A DNA stretch of 64,000 nucleotides, taken from Geosiphon pyriformis uo1 (taxonomy: Eukaryota; Fungi; Glomeromycota). A program made the translations under genes and the position numbers. The notes under the pieces were generated by a model that saw only the letters and a program-made list of their open reading frames with translations, was not told the origin of the DNA and did no database searches. Below, in pieces: positions 51,356-64,000 of this stretch (position 1 is the first letter of the stretch; each line of letters opens with the position of its first letter). The stretch covers positions 318,868-382,867 of the forward strand of contig JAAOMT010000697.1 in NCBI GenBank assembly GCA_016748015.1. Reading direction: 5' to 3'.

Positions 51356-52845
51356 CTGGCAAGAAAGTAAAGAAAAGTTTGGTGGTGGTAATACTGATAT
51401 AATGCCTAAAGATTCCAAAAGAATTGTTATCAAGTATACTCTTGGGAAGCTTCTTGGCACTATTAACTTCAGCATGGAAAATAATGATGATGATGATATT
51501 TTAAATGGGTCACTCTCTCTCCCTCCCCTGCTTTTCCTCAAACATATGATGCAGGTTTCAGTCAGGAAATCTTTTGCTTTGGATATTGATCTTGGGGTGG
51601 TGGCTGGCAAGTTGTCTCAGGAAAAATTAGCTTATGTCAGAAAAATTTTCTCTGGTGTGAATGGTTTTGGGGGGGCCTCTACCCCCTTAAAATTTGGTGG
51701 AATAATCTGGACTTCTTTTACTTCTGAAAAGACAATAATGGCTGCAGCAAAATTAGCAAATGATTATGGTGTTGTGGTAAACACTAATCTTAAACACTCT
51801 GGCAACAATCATATGAATCGGGCAATTGTGCTAAAAGAAATCCCAGTAAAAACATCTGTGAAGGCTGTGTGCACAGCTGTGTCCAAATTTGGAGTGATTA
51901 AAATACAACTGGTAGGTTTGTGGCAGAAAGCAATCATCAAATTAAAAAATTAGAATTAGGCTGATCTATTAGCTGCCAAATGGTCCATCTTAATTAGAAA
52001 AGATGAGTACAAGTGGCCAGGACTGACATTGACAAACATTTGTAGGATGCTCAAGATAGTTTCAGAGCTTTGCTGTATACTCTCCTCATAGGAACTACTG
52101 CTTATGATTTGTGAGATTTTATTGGTTCTGTTGGTGAGAAAACTTGCTTTATTGATTGTAATTCTGTCAGTTATTCTTGCGCCTACTGTGCCACTGTGTG
52201 CTTTGACTCTAAGTCGGATTTGGTTGGTATTATGACAGCGACTCCAGTTATAAAGGGTGTTGGTCTCTGCTGGTCTTATTTCTCTCAGACTTTATGTACG
52301 GTTTGCAAAGATTTTGGTCATATGTCTCTTAGTTGTCAGTCAGTTAAAGGTGCTGTGGCTCCAGGTGGCAGAAAGGCTCCCTTTTTAGCTCAAGACCAGT
52401 TCAGATTGGCTAGGATTTATACAAAAAAGTCTGCGCCTATTTCTTGTCCTTTGACTTTCAGTGGTAAAACTTGGGTATTAGTGGTTGGTGCTTCTTCTGT
52501 GCACACTTCTCATGGTGCTGGTATGTCTCTTGGTTCCAACAAAATTGGTGAACCCCTTCCTCTGGTTGTGGACAACTTGGAATCACATCTAGTCAGTATT
52601 GAAAACAGTCTTGTTAGCCTCATGGAACAGATTAGTAAGTTGGCTAAGAGGTTGGAATTATTTATGCTGGCAGTTTTCCAGTCTAGCTCTGGATGTCAGC
52701 TGCTGGTAGCTCTTCCATCACAGAATTAAGAAGAGGATATAGTGATAGAAGTGAATTCGGGTAAAGCTACTAATGACAAAATTGATCTAATTGTGAACTT
52801 GACAGCATCTCCTCATGTTGTCAAACTGAAAAAAATGCTGAATGG

Positions 52846-53803
52846 TGTTACCAGACGAAATTAGAGATATTGTTTAGCATGAAATTATCCTTATAAATCT
52901 TATCATTAATTAGCATATATTATCATTTCAAATTATTACTTATTACATTAGTAAAATATATCCGAAATTATCATTTCATTAATAATCCAATTTGTACATA
53001 ACACAAATATAACCTAATTGCAATGATTAATCATGCAATACCCTGAACTATGTAACATTCAAAAAGTTTGCCAAAATTTATAAGAAATTTGCTGAAATAT
53101 CTAATAGTTCGCAGAAATAACTTGTAGTTCGCTAAAATGTATCTTTAGTTTAGCAAAATTATAGAAAATAGCAAAGTTCAAGTTCATAGAATAGTGTTAT
53201 GACAAGTTGTATAAAAGAAGAGCTTCTTTCTTCGAGAAAATATATCTTATTTTAGATTTATCACTTAAAACCATATACACAAAAAGAAATAAATATCAAA
53301 TAATTCGAAAAACCAAATTCTTTAATTATTGTACTTGAAAAGTCCCTAAAAACCCAACTAATATTTCGAAATTGATTAGTTACCAATTTCAGTAAACTGT
53401 TAGTGACTCTAGGCCTAGATAGAAAACGTTTCCCTTGACAGAATTCTATTTCTTTTACATTTTTTTTATTTTTCTTTTATTTTCTGATTACAATCATTAG
53501 GGTAGCCTACAGACGAGATTCCTGTAGAAGAGTTGACTTTCACAGCAAAGTAACTACACATTTTTAGTGAGCTTCTAGACAAGCAATTCCTGAGAAAGAG
53601 TTGACATTTACTACAATGTAACTACATAAAGTAACTGGCAAGGAATTGGCCATTCCACTTATAAGCCCAGCAGTTCAAATTATAGGAGATAATTTGAAGA
53701 TAAATTCAGTTACTGAAGGTTCAACCACATCCAAAAAATGTGAATTCACAGCAAACAGGCATCAACAACATTTAAAAAAAGAGACCAAAAACCTCCGGTA
53801 ACA
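52846..53803 (+). mobile_element. Solo LTR E (different family) inserted in LINE #3 ORF1
   Basis: TGTTAC...GTAACA termini, ATGG 4-bp TSD, and TATAAAA at about 53210. Removing it restores ORF1. Confidence 0.9.
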
Positions 53804-53891
53804 ATGGTCTCTCCAGGTCTGTGTTGAGCTTGTCTACTTGCTTCAATAGTTTGGCTTTGGCTGGTGGTGCCACTTCTCTAACTTCTTCTTA

Positions 53892-56800
53892 ATAAGTGAT
53901 CTCATATGAAGAATTGCTATATGCAATATTAGAAGTATGAACATTCCTGCAAAACAGAATGATATTATTCAATGGCATAAAGATATAAACAATTTGGTTT
54001 TGATTTTCACAGAAACAAAGTTAAGAAATAAGGCTTGTCTTTGGTTAGTTGACAAATTTGATGATGTTTGTGTGTTTTTTTCTGGTTTGGACTCTGGTTA
54101 TGTAGGTGCTGATGTTGTGATTGTTATGAACAGATCCTTGGCTAGGCATGTGTATAAGATTTCTGAGATTTCAGATCATCTTTTTTGCATTAGGTTACTT
54201 TTCAAGAATAAGCTTTTGGTTTCAATTCTGGGGCTGTATGCTGGTGCCTTCTTGGCTACTCAATTTTTTCAAACTGATGAAATTAATTCCTTGATTGTGA
54301 GGGCTGTAAATAAATCTTCTTTTGTCATTCTTGGTGGTAATTTCAATGAAGATGGTTTTCATAAGTGCACTAGTTTTAAAAAGTACCATAATTTGGGTTT
54401 GATTAATTCTTTGAATAGGAGCTTTTTTGCTAAGGCACCAACTTGGAGCAATTCTCAGGGTGTTGCAAAGACAATTGATTATGTGTTTGTTTTCTTGAAT
54501 CTGGTAAATGCAATAATGCAGTGCAATGTTTTCATTGTTAGTAGACATTTTGATATGGATCACAAAGCTGTTTTTGTGTCTTTGGGTTTGGGTGGCTTTT
54601 TAGATATGAGATTAAACTTTCTTTATAAACAGGTGAATAAGGATTGATGGAAGTTCAATTTCAAGGATGCTGATGAGATTAAATAGAGTAATTTTAAAAG
54701 TTCTATACTGGCCAATGTCACAATGTTCTTGGATGAATTTGCTGCATCTGTAAGGTTTTCGGATTTGGATGCTATGTTGTACACAAAGTTGTAACTCTTT
54801 TGGCTAATGAAATTTTCAAAAAAAAGTGGTTCAAAGAGTTTGATGAAGTTTTTACCAAAGATTTTTCAAAGTTTCATAAATTGGAGCTTTTGGTTTCTAG
54901 AATTGTTAAGGCTTTACATGAGGAAGATGCTGAGAACTTTGTTTATCTTATGAAATGCTGAAGTTCTGTGGATGATGTCAGGTCTTCTGTTGTTTAAAAT
55001 CTGGTGGACTCTAATGCTGGTTCTGATTGTATTTGTTCTGCTCTTTTTGGTGCTAGAAAGTTTTATCATGCTTCCAAACTTACTGAATCTTTAAGAGCTA
55101 AGGAAGCAAACATTAGGTCTGTCATTGATAAAAAAATGGAGAGCTTTGAGGTCAACAAAGATTATATGATTAGGAGTGTGCTGGAGCATCCATTTTGTAA
55201 AATGGTGCTAGACCATCTGGTGGTTAATGATAATCTGATTTTGAAATCTAATTTGGTTAAGTCTAAGGTGGATGTGATTATGGAGGATTGGATCAGGAAG
55301 CATCATATGGCTAATGATATCTCAATTGATTGGCACCATCAATATTAACCTTTGGAATATATTTTTGATGAGATCTTTTTTGGTGTAATATGCCCAATTG
55401 GTTTTGATGAATTTTTTGGAGTGGTTTCTGAATTGCCTGATAGCAAAGCTGCTGGTTTGTCTGGTATTTTGAATAAACTTTGGAAACATTGCAATAAGTC
55501 TGTTTTGGATATGCTTTTGGTAATTTTGAATCTTTGTCTGTCTGGTGAATCAGTGTCTGGCTTTTGGAAAGAGGCCTGAATTTCGATAATTCCCAAACCA
55601 TATGAGTGGAAGAGTGTATTAATCAATACTTATTCTGTTGCTTTGATTGAAACAGCTTATAAAATTTTTTTTAAGATTCTTTTTGATAGGATTTCCTCGA
55701 CATGTAGTGCTTTTAATGTCCTTCATGAAGACAATTTCTTGGTTTTAAAGAGTATAACAACTTAGTCTCCTATTTTTGCAATTGGTTTGGTGGTAGAAAA
55801 TGCTTTGGAAAAAGACCAAGAGCTTTGGTTGGTTCTGCAGAACATGTGGAAAGCATATGATTCAGTTGGCTGGGAACATTTCAAAGATAGTTTGATCAGG
55901 ATTAAGATGTGTAGCAAATTCATCCATTTTTTTGGCAACATTTACAATGATCATACCAACCAGGTTATAACAGATTTTGGTTTGATAGATAGTTATCATG
56001 TATATAATGGTCTGGATCAAGGAAAAGTTTTCTCCTCCCTTTTGTGGTGAATATTTTATGATTCTTTGTTGTGTAAGGTCAAGCATCAAAAGAGTGTATG
56101 TGGATATAGGCTAAATTCTCATTTTATTTCCAAGAATGATCATGTCAAATCTTGGGCTGGGCATTCTTTTTTTTTTGCTGCTGGTGTCTTTGTTGATAAT
56201 ATGATTTGGGTTGGTAATAGTCGAAGTACTACTCAACATATTCTCAATGTTGCCAGTGAATTTTTTTGGATCAATAATATCTCAATTAACAATGATAAAA
56301 CAGTGGTGATTTCTATTAACAGTAGAGTCAGCAATTTTTCTCTTTCTATCAGTGGTCTGCCTATTGCAGTCACCAAAAAGGGGGAGTCTCATCAATACTT
56401 GGGTATTTTTCTTTTAACTGAGGACCTTTCTAAATCTAGTTTAGTAAGGGTGCATTCAGATATTTGTTTTTTCACTAATTTGGTTTTGAAGAAAGCTGTC
56501 TTGGATAAACAGTTCTTGTATTTGGTTTCAGTGGTTCTTCATTCTATTGTTGGCTATAGAACATAGTTTAGTTTTGTTTCTATTGGTGTGTGTAACAAAT
56601 GGGATGCTTTAATTCGCAAGGGCTTGAAACTAAAATCTGGTCTTCCACTAGACTTTCCTAGTAATACAATTTACCACCCCTCTTTTTATGGTTTGAAGTC
56701 TTTTTCACAGTGTCAATCTGAAGGCAAGGTTGTTTCACTTATTAGTTTTGCAAACTCTGGCAGGATTTTGGGGTGTTTGTTCAGTCACAGGTCTCATGAC

Positions 56801-58553
56801 TTACAGATTCTGTGTTGGCAATCTGTCCATCCATTGGTTTTCTCTGCTCATATTCATGTCAATATTTCTAATAATTTCTTAGCTGGTATGGTTTATATTC
56901 TTTTTGACTGCAAGTTATCTTTGGGTGGCTCTTTGGCCAGCTCTTTCCAGTTTTACAGTGGAGTACCTATGTCAATTGTTTTTGGCGAGTCTTTGTTTTG
57001 CAAGTTTTTACTGTTATGACATTGCCTTCATGGACCAGTTTCATGATCATAATGGTAGTGTCTTTAGCTGGCACATCTTTAAAAAATGGAAGAGGCTGGA
57101 CTTTCATGGTCCAGTTCCCGAATGGTTCGAACTTTCTGTTGTATTTCTTGTAAATTCTCATTCTTTTTCATTGGTGTTGGCTGGTGTTGGCCCTCTGGAT
57201 ATTTGTGGTTCTAATGATTTTGTGTCTATCTGTGATCATCTTTCTCAAGTTGGCATTGATAGTTTGTCTGTGTACACAGATGGCTCATTGAAGAATTTAG
57301 GCACGATTGGTTGTAAGACTGGAGCTGCTGTCTTTTTTGAAAACATTAATTTGGGTTTAGGTGTCAGTGTTCATGGCTTATTGTTATCCACTTTGACAGA
57401 GCTACAGGTTATAGCATTGGCTCTGGAGTGCATGCCTACAGCTTGTTCTGTTCATCTGTTTTCAGATAGTCAGGCAGCTTTGGATGCTTGCAAGTCGGAG
57501 TCTGACCTAGTGTGTTCTGATTTTTGCAATTGGTATTGGGTTAAGCATCAACATATTAGGAATGTTATTTACAATAAGAATTTAAGAGTTAAATGGCACA
57601 AGATTAAGAACCACTCTGGTATTTCAGGAAATGATTGTGCTGATAGCATCACTAATGCTGTATCTCTCTTTGGTTGGTATCTTCTTTCTCGTGTTAGTGA
57701 ACATTTTTTGTTGGCAGATGGTGGTATTGTTTCTGGTAATTCTAAGCACTTTGTTCATAATGTTTTTTGTGCTGTTTGTTATGCACATTGGAAGGTTGGT
57801 TTTGGTTCTGGATTTCTAAATAGTGATTTGTGTTCAGATGTCGATTGGCTTTGTTCTTTCAGGGTTTGGCATCCTAATTTGCATATGGCCACTGGTTTCA
57901 CTAGCAGGTTGACTGCTAATACACGAACTTACCTTATAAAGACTTTATACTGTTAGCTTTCCATGGCTGTTCAAAAGCACATTTATGATAAATATTACTC
58001 TAGTGTTCTATGTCTGTATTGTGGTGAGGTGGAGGTGTCTAATCATGTGTTTTCTTGTATGGTTGATAATTTAGCTTGTTGTCAGGTCTTGGAATCTTGC
58101 ATGTCTTCTTGAAAGATGATTTCTGGTTTTTCTCCTCCTTCTTTAGGTGTATTGCAGCTGCTGTTAACCTGTGCTTTAGACTTCTCAGTTTTCTTAGCTC
58201 TTTACAAGAATTTTGTCTTCAATGGTTGGCTTTGTGAAACTATTTCCATCTTCCATGATTCCAAAATTGCTGGTATTAAAATTGCTGATTTTGTGTACTC
58301 TATTTGTCTTGCTTTTAGGAATGATGTTTGGTTAGTTCATGTTAAACATTGCACATTTATGGAAAAGAATGGCCTAATCCCAATAGATAGTTCAATCTCC
58401 ATCTCAATTTCTGGCTTGGTTTTGGGGTTCTCAGCTGGTGTAATTAAATTGCTTGGTGTTGCTAAAGCTTTTGGTGTCCATTTTGGCTTTTGCAAATCTT
58501 GTTTGTTTTTTTTAGGTATTGGTGATTCAGTTTCTATCAATATAAGTGCATAG
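53892..58553 (+). pseudogene. LINE #3 ORF2 (APE-RT-RNaseH-CCHC)
   Basis: GGNFN, TIDY, KAYDSV, FVDN, YTDGS, SDSQAA and GND.AD motifs. Confidence 0.92.
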
Positions 58554-59049
58554 TGTTGTCCTGACTGGCTCGAGTGGCTGGTTACATGTAGAAAATGCAT
58601 AATTCATGCTTAGTTTAGATTATTTCTTTGATGTATAGTTCTAAGTAGTGTTTGGACTTTACTCATTAAATGAATAAAAAAAAATAACTTAATAAATTAA
58701 TAATAATAATTAAGTTTTGTAACTTCTATTAATAATAATAAACTTTTTTTAATGTTATTTTTGTAAATAAAACATATAAACTATAAGGTTTTAAGTACAA
58801 AAAATAACAGATTCTTGGTAAAAAAAACCTAATTTTAATAATATATTTACAATACTTTTTGTTTTTTGTCTACTTTTATTTACAATTAATAATCAATAAT
58901 AAAAATTGTCAATTTAATCTTTTATATATTTGCATAATTATGTAGAAAATAGTACAGTATTATATTTTTAACTCTGAAAATACAAAAATACTTATATTAA
59001 TTAATATATTGTTTATAATTTTAATAAATTTTATTTACAAAATTAATAA

Positions 59050-59470
59050 TATAACAATTAACATAACAATAATATTTAGATTTACTTATTTTTAAATAAT
59101 CTTAATAATTAATATGGTAATAATAATTAGATTTACTAATTTTAAACAGTCTTAACAATTAATACAGCAATAATAATTTAGTTTATTTATTTTCTAATAA
59201 CTTTAACAATCAATATGGTAATAATAATTAAATTTACTTTTTTTTGAATGATTTTAATAATCAATATAATAATAATATTTATTTTACTTATCTCTAAACA
59301 ACTATAATAATTAATACAAATATACTAATCAAATTTAATTACCTTTAGATAATAACAATTAATGTAACAATAATAATCAGATTCACTTATTTTTGGATAG
59401 CCTTAAAAATCAATGTAACAATAGTAATTTATTTTACTTATCTTTAGATAATTATAATAATTATCACAAC
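59050..59470. repeat. Degenerate 50-51 bp tandem repeat (about 8 units)
   Basis: Units resembling TTAACAATCAATATGGTAATAATAATTAGATTTACTTA recur at 59101, 59151, 59202 and onward. Confidence 0.7.
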
Positions 59471-59845
59471 AATGCTAATTAAATTCTTAGACAATTATTC
59501 AATATTTGCTACCAAGACCAAGTGAAGCACACTATTTTACAACAATTAGCATATTGTAATCTTTAGAATTATCCCAATAAAATAATAAATTTATGAATAA
59601 AGCAAACAATATAAGTCTTATTATTGCAATACTTAAATGCAAAATAGGGTTAACATTTTAAGATAATATTTGGGGCGCTTTTTATAATCGGAGAGATATA
59701 TAGTAAAAGTGACTATAAGGAGATAATATTAAAAAAGTGTGATTATAAGGAGATAGTGACTATAAAATTTTGATCAACAGCAAAGAAAGAAATAAAAATA
59801 TCAGCCAATAGTGTCCAAATTGGATTATGAGTCAACAAGCACAAA

Positions 59846-62800
59846 ATGTCTTTGAATGCCAAATTTTCAACCGAATATATTAGCATTGGTTGCAACCGAA
59901 TTATTCAAGTTGCCGCTTGGGGCATCGACGGGTTACTTGTTTTTGGTGCACATAACTTAGTTGCCTTATACTATCCACAGGTGAGCTACAGTCTTTGCCG
60001 AGGCGACTTATTCTAAGGTGAAAATGGGTTTGTCGCGTCACGGGAAAAATTTTATAATGCATTTAATAACAAATGTCAAAATTATCGATATTTTGTCTTG
60101 ATCCATATATTTTTGTTTTTAGGACGAGTCACGTAAAGGCGTTTTTACCACTTTACCAGGCCACACAGATCGTGTTAATTGTCTCCAATTTATCAATCGC
60201 GGTAATTAAAGTTGATAACTTCATTAAATGTACATCATCAATTGGTATTGAGTTTTTCTTCTCATTAGGGCATGAATTGGATCAAAGAAACATCGCCATA
60301 ATTTCTGGTTCAGCCGATAAAACTGCTCGCATTTGGAAAAATTCATCAAACAAACGCGTATTTGTCGATTCTTTTTGTCACCTTTTCTATATATATACTT
60401 GTTCTTGAAGAATCTATTTCTGTAGTGGGTGAATTCGGCTGTTCTTATTGGGCATACAGGAGCGATTAATACCTTAGGTGTAGTACGAGGGAGATCCATA
60501 TTGGGCACAAAAGACTTGGTCGTCACAGGATCCGCCGATGGAACTATCAAGATTTGGCAGAGAAGTATTGAAAATGACTTAGAAGGTTCATATTTCACAT
60601 TCAGCTATATTATTTTCTATGATTTGACTTTAATTACCCGTTGACAAATCAGATCATATCGAATGTATCCAAACAATAAATTTTGGGGCTAGATATCCGC
60701 TCTCATTGGCATTATCTTATCTTCCTGATTCGAAAGGTGACCTTTAACGTACTCTGTTTAGTATAATAATTTACTCTTTAATCTAATACATTTAAATACC
60801 CTGATATTTAATAGTATTAATAATGGCTTGTGGAAGTACAGATAAACGGATATATTTGTACATACAGAAAAATGGAATGGTAAGCAAAAGTCAACCAAAA
60901 ATTCAACTTTAGAAGTTCCCACTTATTAAATTTTCGTTTTTATTAATTTTCGTGACGTTAGTTCCACGAGTCCCTCTTATTGCAAGGCCATGAGAATTGG
61001 ATTCGATCTCTCGCCTTTGCAACATATACAAAGGCCTTCTCCGTTTCTAATTCTGCATCTGTAACAACAAACCTAAGGCTTCAAAAACAACAAAATTACC
61101 AGCTACGTGATGGGGATTTATTATTAGCTAGTGCATCGCAGGATAAATATGTACGACTATGGAAAATTTCTTGCATCGATTCTTCTGGAAATCATGATTT
61201 TGATCCGAACACATCAATTAATGGAGAATTATCGACAGATATATTATTTGCGTTTCGGGAGAGTATAATGTGGGTCATTTTTGATTGAATGCAAATATTT
61301 TTATCATGCGCTTAACGAGCTAAATTCTTATGATCTAGATCAGGCGACAGAGTTCAATTAAGCACAAGGGCCCACATAATTGACGTTGATATCACCGATA
61401 TCGGGGAACAGGATATAAAGTAATGATTTAGATCAGCTTGGCAGTGGAAATAATCAAGATTAACCTAGGAACATTTCTTTCAGAAAAAAAAAATATAGTG
61501 TTATGTTCGAGGCATTGCTTATGGCACATGACGATTGGGTTTATAGCGTTTGTTGGCAGCCACCGAAATTTCTTACTGGTAAGATACCTTAACTAGAATT
61601 AGCAAATAATTGGATGGTCAACTTGGGATTCAACTTGAAAACATTTTAGATAAAGAAAAATCCTACTATTATCAGCCAATGTGTATTCTTACAGCATCAT
61701 CCGACAAATCGATGATGCTATGGAAGCCTGATACTGAAACAGGCCAATGGATTAATTCGGTAATAAGTTTTTTTTCAATGTCCACTCAAACAGAATGCGT
61801 TGTTGATTTAACCTTTTCTCTAGGTCCGAGTTGGGGAAATCGGTGGTTATGCTTTAGGATTTCTCGGTGGACTTTTTGGACCTGATGGGAAACATATCCT
61901 TGCCCATGGACATACCGGAGCATTTCATCTTTGGAGAAACGAGGCTTTGGATGAAGGTTGTTCAAGATTCTTTAGATACACAAGTCAATATTAATTAAGG
62001 AAATAATCATTAATAATAATGACAACACCAACAACAACAACAATAAGATAGCCAGGACTGGCAACCACAAGTTTCTATCAGTGGCCACTTCAATGCTGTC
62101 CAAAGTATCACTTGGAACCCAACTAACGAATATTTGATTTCCGTGAGGTATCCGACTTCCGCTGTTGCTTATTTTTCGATACATTATTAATTCACGCATT
62201 GCATGTCCAATTAAAAGTTTAGATCAAACTGCACGGCTTTTTGCTCCTTGGCTTCGCACAAAAGCACGAAACTCTTCAACCAATTTAGTTACTTGGCATG
62301 AAATCTCACGTACCCAAATTCACGGATACGATATTAATTGCATCGCATTTATTAATCAATGGACCTACGTTTGTGGTTCAGATGAAAAGGTCTATTAGGA
62401 AAATGTTTCAAATTAGCCTAACAACTTATGATTTTTCTTATAATTCTCAATTTCATTCTGCCTACCTTCAGGTTTTACGAGTATTTGATGCTCCAAAAAC
62501 TTTTCTAGAATCTTTGTCCAAGTTGACAAAGGCTGAAAGAATTACGGATAAATTGGTTTGTTGATATCAACCAAATAACTTCTTCAGTTGACATCCCAAC
62601 ATTTTCTTGATAATATTTGCATTCTAATATGGAAGGAATCACGTCCTGTTGGTGCTAATCTTCCTGCGTTAGGGTTGTCTAACAAGGCTATTTTCCAAGG
62701 TGACATTGATACATTTGTGAAGGCAGCCGAATCCGAAGAGTTCCTTAGTCGTCAAAGTTACGCTCATTCGTCAGCAACACCAAATTCATTAGTCCAGACT

Positions 62801-64000
62801 ATGGAAAGACCCCCATTCGAGGAACATTTATTACAACATACTCTTTGGCCCGAGATTGAGAAATTGTAAGTGTTAAAACACTTTGGAATTATGCCTAAAT
62901 ATTCTTTTCCTCCATAAAAATCATTTTATCTTTCAAGATACGGTCATGGGTATGAGCTGGTTAGTGTGGGTGCTAGTCACGATGGGAAATATGTGGCATC
63001 AGCCTGTAGGGTAAAGCATTGAAATGAACCCCATTGAGAAGCTTTGTTTGTACTTTTGACACAATAATTTTACTTTATAGGCAACTAGCTCTGACCATGC
63101 TGTCATTCGAATATACACTACTGATACATGGAAAGAAATTTCACCCCCACTACGATCACACTCCTTAACTGTCATCCGGATAAAGTTTTCTCATGATGAC
63201 AATTATTTGTTGACAGTATCCAGAGACAGGTTTTGGTCATTGTTCGAAAGAAGTGGGCAAGGTGATGATAATTGCCTTTTTATTTAATTTTTCGAGCTGT
63301 AAAAATTATTTTTCACGTTTTCGTTTCATAGGCCCACCGTATAAACTAGTCGCCAGAAATAAAGCTCATTCGCGTATCATCTGGGACTGCTCATGGAGCC
63401 ATGACGATCGTTTCTTTGTGACTGCTTCCCGAGATAAAACGGTTTGCTCATTATCATAACTAATATTTAGAATCCAAATTTTTTTCGTACCTGATCATCA
63501 GTCCCCATAACTCCTATTAAGGTCAAAATTTGGCCCATGATGACCCCATCACAAAATCAATGGGGAGAAATTGCCACCGTGAGATTATCAGAGGCCGTCA
63601 CGGCTGTTGATTTCGCCCCTTCTTCTTTCTCTCAAACGTAGGTATATTTTTAATGTTTGCTTGTCTTTTCAAACCTTATGTGTAAATGATTTGACATTCT
63701 CCCCAATTGTCAGCTATATTTTGGCTTTAGGGCTTGAATCCGGGCAAATTCTTATATGTCACTCGGAGCCGTATAATTTTGAACGTTGGCATGTAGTACA
63801 GGCGATCGACAAAGCGTGGGTACATTCATTTTGCAGCTTTCATTAATTTACTTTCAGTCAGGTCATTAATTGGAACTCTTTCTAAAGTTCATGTCCTGCT
63901 GCCAGCATCAATTGTTTAGCATGGCGTGTTTACATTGAACAGAGTAAAAAATCGAGTGTGTGGCAATTGGCGAGTTGTGCCGCCGATTGGTCTGTACGGA
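59846..64000 (+). CDS. ELP2: Elongator complex subunit 2 (WD40), about 20 introns, truncated by the window end
   Basis: Spliced product has [97 protein letters not shown] and [11 protein letters not shown]. Introns are GT-AG. Confidence 0.95.

Larger units (their letters stand above)
35947..58687 (+). mobile_element. Full-length LINE #3 interrupted by LTR elements C, D and solo LTR E
   Basis: ORF1 pieces 36094-36272, 41204-41250, 51356-52845 and 53804-53895 join in frame across the TSDs. Ends in a poly(A) tail. Confidence 0.93.

Noticed and set aside
59846-64000. Functional link between ELP2 (tRNA modification) and the tRNA-primed elements
   Set aside because: Elongator modifies wobble U34, whereas tRNA-Met has C34. 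Adjacency is most likely coincidental.

Overview
AT-rich fungal genomic DNA, most likely Glomeromycota (Geosiphon-like; inferred from element style and gene structure, not from a search). About 59 kb is a nested transposon block. It contains a decayed pogo/Tigger-type DNA transposon split by a LINE and three full-length APE-RT-RNaseH LINEs (11.4-28.3 kb +, 29.1-35.8 kb -, 35.9-58.7 kb +). It also contains four Ty3/Gypsy LTR elements (A 2615-10273 -, B 14613-24753 -, C 36273-41203 + internally deleted, D 41251-51355 -) and two solo LTRs; B, C, D and one solo LTR sit inside the LINEs. All TE ORFs are broken by transition-type mutations. The only host gene is intron-rich ELP2 (59846 to window end). 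The most notable system is the LTR-element group. (i) The PBS matches the elongator tRNA-Met, and separate U5 blocks are complementary to that tRNA's anticodon arm, variable loop and T arm, suggesting a multipartite primer interaction. (ii) A conserved uncharacterised ORF3 lies in the env position. (iii) A dUTPase and novel Cys-rich modules lie between PR and RT. (iv) Covarying RNA hairpins are shared across divergent LTRs. (v) All insertions have 4-bp TSDs.
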